This document shows, piece after piece, positions 24,017 to 32,737 of a stretch of 64,000 nt of DNA (positions are counted from its first letter, which is position 1; each line of letters opens with the position of its first letter). Source of the stretch: Faecousia sp. (GTDB taxonomy: Bacteria > Bacillota > Clostridia > Oscillospirales > Oscillospiraceae); assembly GCA_045653685.1 (NCBI GenBank), contig JAZOME010000022.1:21770-85769 (forward strand), written 5' to 3'. Made by a program: the position numbers and the translations under genes. A model generated the notes under the pieces. The model saw only the letters and a list, made by a program, of their open reading frames with translations. It was not told the DNA's origin and made no database searches.

Positions 24017-24054
24017 AAGCGCCCCAAAAGCATTTCGCTTTTGGGGCGCCTTTT
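24017..24054. terminator. Terminator between converging ackA and the hypothetical gene
   Basis: gcgccccaaaagc / gcttttggggcgc stem followed by T run. Confidence 0.8.
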
Positions 24055-24665
24055 TATGCTCTGCGCAGTCTACCAAACAATGCGAAGAAATCCCTTAAGG
24101 TAAGTCCCAATGTTTTGATGGCAGACCATTTTTGAAAATAGTCGGAAGGATTTTGCGTGTCTGTGGGCATAATTCCTTCGTAAACTTCATAAGGCTTTAG
24201 AATTTGCATCAATGCGGATACAGAATAGAAGCTTGTGTCATTCTCTAAAAAACCAAGCTGTCCTAAAATGTGGGCGCAGAATTCAGCGCAGGTGTAGGCG
24301 TTTTCAGGCTGAAGCCTGCAGTGTAACGGGGCTACAATGGCAGACAGGTGATTATAAAGATACCGTTCCTTATTTGCTTCCATGATTTTAAGGGTATCCT
24401 TAAGCATTTGATATTGCGCCTGTTCCACCGGAAGACAGCAAATCACGATTTCCGCAGACCGCTTCCCGGAATGATATCGCTCCGGGGTTTCAGCGACGAA
24501 ACCGCCCCATAACGGTGTCTGATAATACCGCCTGCCGAAGCTATACATTGTTTGCGGTTCCTGGCTGAAGGCAATGCTCACATGGTTGTAATCTTCTGCG
24601 GTGACGACACGGATAAATTTGCCCAGTTTGTTAGGCGTAGCAGAAAAAATGATATAAACATTCAT
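24054..24665 (-). CDS. Hypothetical protein, permuted papain-like/NlpC-P60 fold candidate
   Basis: YNHVSI near N-terminus and YTCAEF downstream (His before Cys); start MNVY at 24665. Confidence 0.6.
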   Translation of the reverse strand: MNVYIIFSATPNKLGKFIRVVTAEDYNHVSIAFSQEPQTMYSFGRRYYQTPLWGGFVAETPERYHSGKRSAEIVICCLPVEQAQYQMLKDTLKIMEANKERYLYNHLSAIVAPLHCRLQPENAYTCAEFCAHILGQLGFLENDTSFYSVSALMQILKPYEVYEGIMPTDTQNPSDYFQKWSAIKTLGLTLRDFFALFGRLRRA

Positions 24666-24731
24666 AATTCCACCGTCCTCTATTCCAAATTCCCCAAACA
24701 CGCAATCAATCTTTCGATATGTATTATCTTC

Positions 24732-24760
24732 ATAGTAAACCTCTCTGCGTAGTCTGTCAA
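24732..24760 (-). promoter_or_regulatory. sigma-A promoter for 24054-24665
   Basis: TTGACA-N17-TACTAT on the - strand. Confidence 0.65.
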
Positions 24761-24886
24761 TGATTGTATGAAAACTATGATAATCATAAAGAATTCAGGA
24801 GGAGAAATATGTCGAACCATACCCTGTAATGAAAAAGATTCTATTGTCAATCAAAAAGCGCCCTCTAATGCTCGACTAATTGAGAA

Positions 24887-24911
24887 ACCCCTAAGCCAAC
24901 GGCTTAGGGGT
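24887..24911 (-). terminator. Terminator of lplA
   Basis: acccctaagcc-aac-ggcttaggggt stem directly after the lplA stop. Confidence 0.7.
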
Positions 24912-24915
24912 GTGT

Positions 24916-25902
24916 TTATATATCCTGTTTTTCCAGCAAACTGCAAATATCTTTTGCAGTTTGCACCTGACCAAAGTTAGACAAAACCGCTTGGGCCATC
25001 GCTTGCTTTGTGAAACGACAGCCGGAGAGGGCATTTTCCAGTTTTTGGGGCAACTGCCAGTCCATAGCGTCGGAAAAAACCTGAACAGCTTGTATAATTC
25101 CGTCTGTGACCTGCATTTCTATCAGCAGGCCGCCCCAGGAAAACCGCTGCTCGCAGGAAAAAGAGCAGGGCAGGCGATTTCCATATAGCCAGTCCCATTG
25201 GGAAAGCGCTTCTTCATACGCTTCAATCTGCGCCATGGCCTGAGTGGACAATTCCAGCTTGCTTGGTGTGAGCCCATAAACCTGCCCAAAAGCCTTCTGC
25301 ATCGCAGAGGATAAATCTTTACAGGTAAGGGAAGGGGACAGGTTCTGCAAATTCACCACCCGGGAGCGCACGGAGGAAACGCCTTTTGCCTCCAGCTTTG
25401 CTTTGGAGGGAGTTAGATACCGGGAAAGCTTCTGCATATCTGCATTTACCAAAAGTGTACCGTGGTGATAAGCATTTCCTTGTGCGTGATAGAAAGCATT
25501 TCCGGAAAATTTTTGTCCCTGGGCCAATAAGTCGTTTCGTCCGGAGCGTTCCACATCAATACCAAAATAACCGCAGGCTTTCTGAATAACGGACAACTGC
25601 TTGTCCAGATCATAGTTTTCTTCCTGCATCAAAAATGTAAAATTCAGATTTCCCAAATCGTGGAAAACTGCACCGCCGCCGGAAAGACGCCGGGCAAGCT
25701 TTCCACCTTCACTTTCCAAAAGGCTGGTTCTGCACTCCACCCAGGCATTTTGATTTCTACCGATGACTACAGTGTTCTGGTTCTGCCATAAGTATAAAAT
25801 GCAGGTGTCCTTTTGGACGGTTTCCAACAAATATTTTTCTGTGGCTATATTGTGGTAAGGGTTTGTGTCCTCGGCCACATATACCAGTAAATTCTGAACC
25901 AT
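24916..25902 (-). CDS. lplA: Lipoate-protein ligase A
   Basis: VVIGRNQN, RRLSGGGAVFHDLGN, GRNDL...KFSGNA, HHGTLL, SVRSRV. Confidence 0.95.
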   Translation of the reverse strand: MVQNLLVYVAEDTNPYHNIATEKYLLETVQKDTCILYLWQNQNTVVIGRNQNAWVECRTSLLESEGGKLARRLSGGGAVFHDLGNLNFTFLMQEENYDLDKQLSVIQKACGYFGIDVERSGRNDLLAQGQKFSGNAFYHAQGNAYHHGTLLVNADMQKLSRYLTPSKAKLEAKGVSSVRSRVVNLQNLSPSLTCKDLSSAMQKAFGQVYGLTPSKLELSTQAMAQIEAYEEALSQWDWLYGNRLPCSFSCEQRFSWGGLLIEMQVTDGIIQAVQVFSDAMDWQLPQKLENALSGCRFTKQAMAQAVLSNFGQVQTAKDICSLLEKQDI

Positions 25903-26040
25903 AATTTCACCTCGTTTCCCTTATTGTATAATAAATTTTTCTTCTTGGCTAGAGGGATTTCTTAAAAAGTCGTTGACAAAGGGTGGAATATAATGTTATA
26001 TTTGTGATAGATTGTTATAACTTTAACATTTGGAGGCGCT

Positions 26041-26790
26041 ATGTACAGTATTCGACAGGAACAAATGCGAGAGTATATCGAGAAGAAAAATATAGCCACC
26101 ATCAAGGAGCTGCAGGCGATGTTTCCGGAGGTCTCCCTGATGACAATTCATCGGGATTTGGATGCGTTGCAGGATAGTGGTTATGTGGTAAAATTCCGTG
26201 GCGGAGTGAAGTCTGTCCGTCTGGCAGGCGACCCGGAATTTAATGTCCGTATGCGGGAAAATATTGCCGGAAAATCCGCAGCAGCCCAAAAAGCGCTGGA
26301 GCTGATTCAGCCCCACACCTCCGTGTTTCTCGATGCCAGTACCACCAATTTGGCTTTGGCCAAGGTGCTTCCGGATATCAATTTGAATATTTTTACCACC
26401 GGACCCAGCATTGCGCTGGAATTATGCAGACTGCATAACCCGGTTGTAACCCTGTGTTGTGGCACGATAAACCGGAAAAACCTGGCAGTTTCCGGGCAAA
26501 ACACCCTCCAAATGCTGCAAGGCATCAATATTGATATGGCCTTTATCGGTGTGTCCGGCTGCTCTGTGGATGCGGGCTTTACCTGCGGTACAGAAGGGGA
26601 TATGCTGGTGAAGCGCTTGGTTATTCATAAGGCCCGAACCAGCGTGGTGATGTGTGATAAAGAAAAGTTTAATTGCCTGATGCCCTACACCTTTGCTAAG
26701 CTGACGGATGTGGACTATCTGGTATGCGATACCGCTGTGCCGGAGACATTTGTCCGGGCAGCAGCCACATCAGGCCTGAAGATTTTATAA
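26041..26790 (+). CDS. DeoR/GlpR family transcriptional regulator
   Basis: HTH VSLMTIHRDL, FLDASTT, DMAFIGVSG. Confidence 0.93.
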   Translation: MYSIRQEQMREYIEKKNIATIKELQAMFPEVSLMTIHRDLDALQDSGYVVKFRGGVKSVRLAGDPEFNVRMRENIAGKSAAAQKALELIQPHTSVFLDASTTNLALAKVLPDINLNIFTTGPSIALELCRLHNPVVTLCCGTINRKNLAVSGQNTLQMLQGINIDMAFIGVSGCSVDAGFTCGTEGDMLVKRLVIHKARTSVVMCDKEKFNCLMPYTFAKLTDVDYLVCDTAVPETFVRAAATSGLKIL

Positions 26791-26796
26791 AACCGT

Positions 26797-26826
26797 CCGG
26801 AGTGGTAAAATCCACTCCGGATTTTG
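26797..26826 (+). terminator. Hairpin after the deoR-like gene
   Basis: ccggagtgg-taaaat-ccactccgg followed by T-rich tract. Confidence 0.7.
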
Positions 26827-26847
26827 CCTTTTTTGATGAAATTTCTA

Positions 26848-26892
26848 TTGACGAATCGTGTTATGATAAGTTATAATTAACATGCTATAACA
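26848..26892 (+). promoter_or_regulatory. sigma-A promoter of the E2-E1 operon overlapped by a 34-bp palindromic operator candidate
   Basis: TTGACG-N18-TATAAT; TGTTAT-N5-GTTA-TAAT-TAAC-N5-ATAACA at 26859-26892. Confidence 0.65.
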
Positions 26893-26910
26893 TTATAAGG
26901 AGGATATATC

Positions 26911-28467
26911 ATGGCAAATGCTGTCATCATGCCCAAGGCCGGTATTACGGTGGAAAGCTGTATCATTGGCGAGTGGGTGAAGAAGGTTGGCGACCAGGTT
27001 AAGGTCGGCGACATTCTGTTTACTTATGAAACTGACAAGGCCAGCTTCGAGTGCGAGTCTACTGCAGAGGGCACTTTGCTGGACATTTTCTTTGAAGAGG
27101 GCGACGAGGTGCCCTGTCTTGTCAACGTCTGCGCCATCGGCAACCCCGGTGAGGATACTGCTTCTTTGAGAGGTGGCTCTGCCGCACCTAGTGAGGCTGC
27201 ACCTGCTGCTGCAGCGCCTGCTGCCGCTACTGCTGCTCCTGCTGCTTGCGCAAATACCAAGGCTAAGGCTGTTATTATGCCCAAGGCCGGTATCACTGTG
27301 GAAAGCTGCATCATTGGTGAGTGGCTCAAGAGCGTTGGCGACCAGGTTAAGGTGGGCGACATCCTGTTTACTTACGAAACCGATAAGGCTTCCTTTGAGT
27401 GCGAATCCACGGAAGAAGGCGAACTGCTGGCTATCTTCTTTGAAGAGGGCGACGAAGTGCCCTGTATGGAAAATGTGTGTGCTGTTGGCCCCCACGGCGA
27501 GCCCACGGATTGCCTGAAGCCCGGCGCTGAGCCTGTGGCTGTGGTTGAGGAAGTGGCTGCAGCGCCTGTAGCTACTGCAGAGGCTGCTCCTGCTGCGCAG
27601 ATTGTTGCCGGTGCATCCGTATCTCCCAGAGCTGCTAAGCTGGCAAAGGCTGCCGGTGTGGATGCTTCCCTGGCTGTGGGTACCGGTCCTGAAGGCCGTA
27701 TCATTGAGCGTGATGTGCAGAAGCTCATTGCTGAGGGTGTACCTGCCACCAAGACGGTTCCTTGCGACGGTCCTGCATACGAGGAAGTGAAGTTAACCGG
27801 TATCCGCCGTGCCATTTCCAAGTCTATGCACACCAGCCTCTCCACTATGGCACAGTTGACCCATAACACCAGCTTTGATGCCACCAATATTCTGGCTTAC
27901 CGCAAGGCTTTGAAATCTGCCGGTGACGAGTATGCAGGCATCACCCTGGGCGACATCATTTTGTACGCTGTATCCCGTACTCTGCTGAACCACCCCGACC
28001 TGAATGCCAATATGCTGGACGACAACTCTATCCGTCTGTTCAAGCATGTGAACCTGGGTGTTGCAGTGGACACTCCTCGTGGCCTGATGGTTCCCACCAT
28101 TGTGGGTGCTGACCAAATGAGCCTGCTGGAAATCTCCAAGGCTGTGAAGGAGCTGGCTGCTGAGTGCCGTGACGGCGCAATCAACCCCGATAAGCTCTCC
28201 GGTGGCAGCTTCACTGTTTCCAACCTGGGCAATATGGGCGTGGAGTCCTTTACCCCCGTTATCAATCCTCCTCAGACCGGTATTTTGGGCGTTTGCGGCA
28301 CTATCGACCGTGTACGCAAGGCTAACGACGGTTCTATTGAGATTTACCCGGCTATGGGTCTGAGCTTGACCTATGACCACCGTGCAGTGGACGGTACTCC
28401 TGCTGCCAAGTTCCAGAAGGAGCTGGCCTACAACCTGGAGCACTTCACCACATTGCTCGCCAAGTAA
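26911..28467 (+). CDS. Dihydrolipoamide acyltransferase E2 with two lipoyl domains
   Basis: Two near-identical ETDKAS lipoyl domains, Ala/Pro linkers, SPRAAKLA...GTGPEGRI subunit-binding domain, catalytic DHRAVDG. Confidence 0.95.
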   Translation: MANAVIMPKAGITVESCIIGEWVKKVGDQVKVGDILFTYETDKASFECESTAEGTLLDIFFEEGDEVPCLVNVCAIGNPGEDTASLRGGSAAPSEAAPAAAAPAAATAAPAACANTKAKAVIMPKAGITVESCIIGEWLKSVGDQVKVGDILFTYETDKASFECESTEEGELLAIFFEEGDEVPCMENVCAVGPHGEPTDCLKPGAEPVAVVEEVAAAPVATAEAAPAAQIVAGASVSPRAAKLAKAAGVDASLAVGTGPEGRIIERDVQKLIAEGVPATKTVPCDGPAYEEVKLTGIRRAISKSMHTSLSTMAQLTHNTSFDATNILAYRKALKSAGDEYAGITLGDIILYAVSRTLLNHPDLNANMLDDNSIRLFKHVNLGVAVDTPRGLMVPTIVGADQMSLLEISKAVKELAAECRDGAINPDKLSGGSFTVSNLGNMGVESFTPVINPPQTGILGVCGTIDRVRKANDGSIEIYPAMGLSLTYDHRAVDGTPAAKFQKELAYNLEHFTTLLAK

Positions 28468-28485
28468 GAAAGGAGGAAGCAATTT

Positions 28486-30963
28486 ATGCCTAAGAGTTTA
28501 TATGTAGATCCTTCCGAGGTGCGTGCACCCGGTAAGGTCAGCTTTAAGAGTATTCCTGTTAACCAGTATAATAAGACTGTGAAGGAAGAACTGGAATCCG
28601 GTAAGTACACCAAGGAAGATCTGGTTCGTATTTTCCGGGATATGACCGTTCTGCGTGAGTTCGAGACCATGCTTAACAACATCAAGACCATGGGCTCCTA
28701 CAACGGCATCGATCATACCTATCCCGGCCCTGCCCACCTGTCCATCGGCCAGGAGGCTGCTTGCGTGGGTCAGGCATATCTGTTGGACGAGAATGACTAT
28801 GCCTTCGGTTCTCACCGTAGCCACTCGTAGATTTTGGCAAAGGCTCTGTCTACCATGAACAAGATGAGTGACGAGCAGCTGATGGATGTTATGGAGAACT
28901 TCCTGGGCGGCAAGTGCCTGCGCTCCACCCAGCGTTTGGGTGAGACCAAGGATATGAAGGAGCTGGCTATCCGCTTCATCCTTTACGGCACACTGTCTGA
29001 AATCTTTGCCCGTGAGACCGGTTTCCATATGGGTATGGGCGGCTCTATGCACGCATTCTTCCTGCCCTTCGGTATCTATCCCAACAACGCAATCGTTGGC
29101 GGCTCCGGCACAATTTCCACCGGTGCAGCGCTTTACAAGAAGGTCAATGACAAGAAGGGCATCGTTGTCTGCAATGTGGGCGATGCTGCTATGTCCCGTG
29201 GCCCTGTTTGGGAAGCACTGAACTTTGCTTCTATGGATCAGTACAAGACCTTGTGGGAGAGCCACAAGGACGGTATGCCCATTCTGTACAACATTTTCAA
29301 TAACTCCTACGGTATGGGCGACCAGACCCGTGGCGAGACTATGGGTCAGGGCGTTATGGCACGGATCGGTTCCGGTGTCAGCCCCACTCAGATGCACGCT
29401 GTGACTGTAGACGGCTTCAACCCCTTGGCTGTTATTGATGCTATGGAGAAGAACCTGAAGCTGCTGCGTGACGGCAAGGGCCCGGTGATGATGGAGACCA
29501 TTACTTATCGTTTCTCCGGTCACTCTGTTTCCGACCAGAACGCATACCGTACCAAGGAAGAAATGGACGCCTGGAAGGAAGTCGATCCTCTGACCACCTA
29601 TCCTGCAGAGCTGGTTAAGGCCGGCATTGCTACTCAGGAAGAGATCGATGCCATCCTGAAGGAGACCACCGACCGGATGACTATGATCTGCAAGGCTGCT
29701 GCTGATCCCGAGATCAGCCCCTACTGCGATTTCAAGAAGGATCCTGCCGTTGTGGAGCGTGTGATGTTCTCCAATGAGAAGGTGGAGAAGTTTGACGATC
29801 GTGAGCCTGAGTATCTGGTTCCCAAGGAGGAGGCAGAGGGCTATAAGAAGATTAAGGCCAAGGAGCGCAGCCCCATCGGTGCAGACGGCAAGCCTGTTTC
29901 TAAGATGAAGCTGTACAACCTGCGTGACGGTATCTCTGAGGTTATTTGGGATCGCTTCTATGAAGATCCTACTCTGATCGCCTATGGCGAGGACTGCCGT
30001 GACTGGGGCGGTGCATTTGCTGTTTACCGTGGTATGATGGACGCTCTGCCCCACTGCCGTCTGTTTAACTCCAACCTGGCAGAAGGCGCTATTGTGGGCA
30101 CCGGCGTTGGTTACGCCCTGTCCGGTGGCCGTGCCCTGGTGGAGCTGATGTATGCAGACTTCATCGGTTGCGCAGGCGACGAAATCTTCAACCAGATGTC
30201 CAAGTGGCAGGCAATGTCTGCCGGTATCCTGAAGATGCCTTTGGTTCTGCGTGTTTCTGTTGGTTCCAAGTACGGCGCTCAGCACTCTCAGGACTGGACC
30301 GCTTTGTGCGCCCACATCCCCGGCCTGAAGGTTGTATTCCCTGCAACACCTTGGGAAGCTAAGGGCTTGATGGAAACCGCACTGAAGGGTACTGACCCCG
30401 TTGTATTCTTTGAATCTCAGAGAATTTATGATGTGGGCGAGCAGTTCCACGAGGGTGGCGTTCCCGAAGAGCGTTATGAAATCGAGATTGGCGATGTGAA
30501 CAAGGTTCGTGACGGTAAGGATGTGACCATCCTGACTGTAGGTGCTGTTCTGTACCGTGCTATGGATGCTGCTAAGACCCTGAGCGAAAAGTATGGCATC
30601 GAGGCAGATGTTATCAACCTGCACTCTCTGTCTCCTCTGGACTACACCAAGATTTTGGAGTCTGTCCGTAAGACCGGCAAGGTGCTGTTGGTATCCGATG
30701 CCTGTGCAAGAGGCTCCTTCCTCAACGATGTAGCTCGTAACATTACTGAGCTGTGCTTTGACGATTTGGATGCACCTCCCGTTGTTGTGGGTGCTAAGAA
30801 CTGGATCACACCTCCCTTCGAGTTCGACGAATTCTTCTTCCCGCAGGCCAACTGGATTTTGGATACAATCCACGAGAAGCTGGTTCCTCTGGCAGGTTAC
30901 ACTGCAGAGGCTAACTCCTGCGATGAGGCAGAGACCGTTCGCCGTGCAAAGGCTGGCGTTTAA
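28486..30963 (+). CDS. Fused E1 alpha/beta TPP-dependent 2-oxoacid (acetoin-type) dehydrogenase, interrupted by in-frame TAG at 28828-28830 (pseudogene, readthrough or sequence error)
   Basis: ORFs 28486-28830 and 28834-30963 are in one frame: HLSIGQEA...GSHRSHS*ILAK; GGSMH, GDAAMSRG...NN TPP motif, TYRFSGHS, E1-beta GED, AQHSQ; 825 codons in total. Confidence 0.9.
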
Positions 30964-30969
30964 GACCTT

Positions 30970-31617
30970 ATGGAGCTTACCCGGACAGCCAATGCAGGGG
31001 TACTGCTGAAACTGGACGGAATAACTGTACTATTGGACGGTGTTTGCCGAGAGGTCAAGCCCTACTCGGCAACACCGCCTGAAATAAAGACACGGCTTTT
31101 GCAGGAGTTTCCGGATGCCGTTGCCTTTACCCATAGTCATAAGGACCATTATGACCCGGCCTTCGCTTCTGCCTATCAGGGCAAGACGGGCCGGGTTATT
31201 TTTGGACCAAATCTACCCGGCTGCAACACAACCCAAACGCCGGACAGGGTAGGGGATGTGCAGATTATCCCGGTGGCCAGTCGCCATATCGGTGTAATAG
31301 GAAAATATACCCCTCATTTCAGCTTTATTTTGCAGGGCAGTCGGTGCGTTTGGTTTTTGGGAGATGCGTCGCCTGGTATTTGGCGACAAAAGCAGGATCT
31401 TCCCAAACCGGATGTGGTGATTGTGCCCTATGCTTATGCCACAACGCCTGCCTCTTGGCAGATGACCAAAAGCTTGGGAGCAGAGGAAATTGTGGTTTTG
31501 CATCTACCCAGCCGAGAGCAGGATGAAATCGGTTTGTGGGATGCTTTGGATAATACGATAGATTGCAAAAACAATTTGCATATACCCAATATGGGCGATA
31601 CTATTACGCTATTGTGA
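30970..31617 (+). CDS. Metallo-beta-lactamase fold protein
   Basis: ANAGVLL, THSHKDH, SRH, GDA, VLHLP. Confidence 0.8.
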   Translation: MELTRTANAGVLLKLDGITVLLDGVCREVKPYSATPPEIKTRLLQEFPDAVAFTHSHKDHYDPAFASAYQGKTGRVIFGPNLPGCNTTQTPDRVGDVQIIPVASRHIGVIGKYTPHFSFILQGSRCVWFLGDASPGIWRQKQDLPKPDVVIVPYAYATTPASWQMTKSLGAEEIVVLHLPSREQDEIGLWDALDNTIDCKNNLHIPNMGDTITLL

Positions 31618-31618
31618 T

Positions 31619-31658
31619 ATAAAAATGAGCAGTCAATTTCTGACTGCTCATTTTTTAT
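31619..31658. terminator. Bidirectional terminator
   Basis: aaaaatgagcagtca / tgactgctcattttt with A and T flanks between converging genes. Confidence 0.88.
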
Positions 31659-31661
31659 ATC

Positions 31662-32699
31662 CTAAAGGACCTGAATGATCCGTCCACTGCCTACTACCAT
31701 ATCCTCGTTATACAGCACAACGGCTTGCCCGGTGGTAATGGCCCGTTGCGGCTCCACAAATTCTACCCTTGCCATGCCGTTCTCCATAGGATACACGGTT
31801 GCCGGCTGTTCTGTATGGCGATACCGCACCCGAGCCTTTACCTGCATCGGCGCATGCAGTGTATCAAAGGGTATAAAATTCCAGTGGTCCGCAATCAGCG
31901 CGGTTTTATACAGGCTCTCCTCAGGTCCGACAGTTACCGTGTTTGCGGACATATCCTTTTGGCTCACATAAACCGGCTGACCCAGTGCAATCCCCAAACC
32001 CTTTCGCTGTCCGATGGTATAGCCAACAGCTCCTTGATGCCGCCCCACCACATTTCCGTTCTCATCCAAATAATCACCCTGAGGATAACATTTCCCGGTG
32101 TAATGCTCCATAAAAGCCTTGTAATCCCCATCAGGAATAAAACAAATATCCTGAGAATCCTTCTTTTTTGCGTTAACCAGGGCTAAATTTTCCGCAATCT
32201 CACGCACCTGGGCTTTTTCCAGCGCTCCCAGGGGAAACAAGGTGTGGGAAAGCTGATACTGATTGAGACAGGCCAAGAAATAACTTTGGTCTTTGCTTAA
32301 ATCTTTTGCCTTATAAAGAAGAAAACGCCCGTTTTCCGGTACAATTCGGGCATAATGTCCGGTGGCCAGGAAATCACAACCTTCTGCCAAAGCCCGCCGA
32401 AGCAGTACATCAAACTTAATTTTCTTGTTGCAGGTCACGCAGGGATTTGGCGTGCCGCCCTGCTCGTAGCAGTTTATAAAATCCTCTACCACAAGGTTCT
32501 GAAAATCCTCTCTGTGGTCATAGGCAGAGAAGGGGATACCCAGGCGATTGGCAACACTTTGAGCGTCCTGAACTCCGCCATCTCCGCACAAAAGCATGGT
32601 AGCCCCTACACATTCGAAGCCCTGCTGTAAAATCAGGTGGGCAGCTACCGAGCTGTCTACGCCGCCACTCATTGCCAGCATTACCTTTTGCATACGCAT
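31662..32699 (-). CDS. mnmA: tRNA 2-thiouridylase
   Basis: AMSGGVDSS, TPNPCVTCN, ATGHY, KDQSYFL, DSQDICF, YTIGQRKG. Confidence 0.97.
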   Translation of the reverse strand: MRMQKVMLAMSGGVDSSVAAHLILQQGFECVGATMLLCGDGGVQDAQSVANRLGIPFSAYDHREDFQNLVVEDFINCYEQGGTPNPCVTCNKKIKFDVLLRRALAEGCDFLATGHYARIVPENGRFLLYKAKDLSKDQSYFLACLNQYQLSHTLFPLGALEKAQVREIAENLALVNAKKKDSQDICFIPDGDYKAFMEHYTGKCYPQGDYLDENGNVVGRHQGAVGYTIGQRKGLGIALGQPVYVSQKDMSANTVTVGPEESLYKTALIADHWNFIPFDTLHAPMQVKARVRYRHTEQPATVYPMENGMARVEFVEPQRAITTGQAVVLYNEDMVVGSGRIIQVL

Positions 32700-32737
32700 A
32701 CCCCTTTCTCATAAATTTTTATAAAAGTAATAAACAC

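Noticed and set aside
24768-24980. 70-aa ORF in the track
   Set aside because: No RBS, runs through a terminator hairpin and into lplA; no motif
28486-28830. 114-aa ORF as an independent small protein
   Set aside because: It is the E1-alpha N-terminus (HLSIGQEA, HRSH), in frame with the downstream ORF
28498-30873. 791-aa ORF antisense to E1
   Set aside because: Mirror-frame product of strong codon bias in the sense gene; no RBS or recognisable motif
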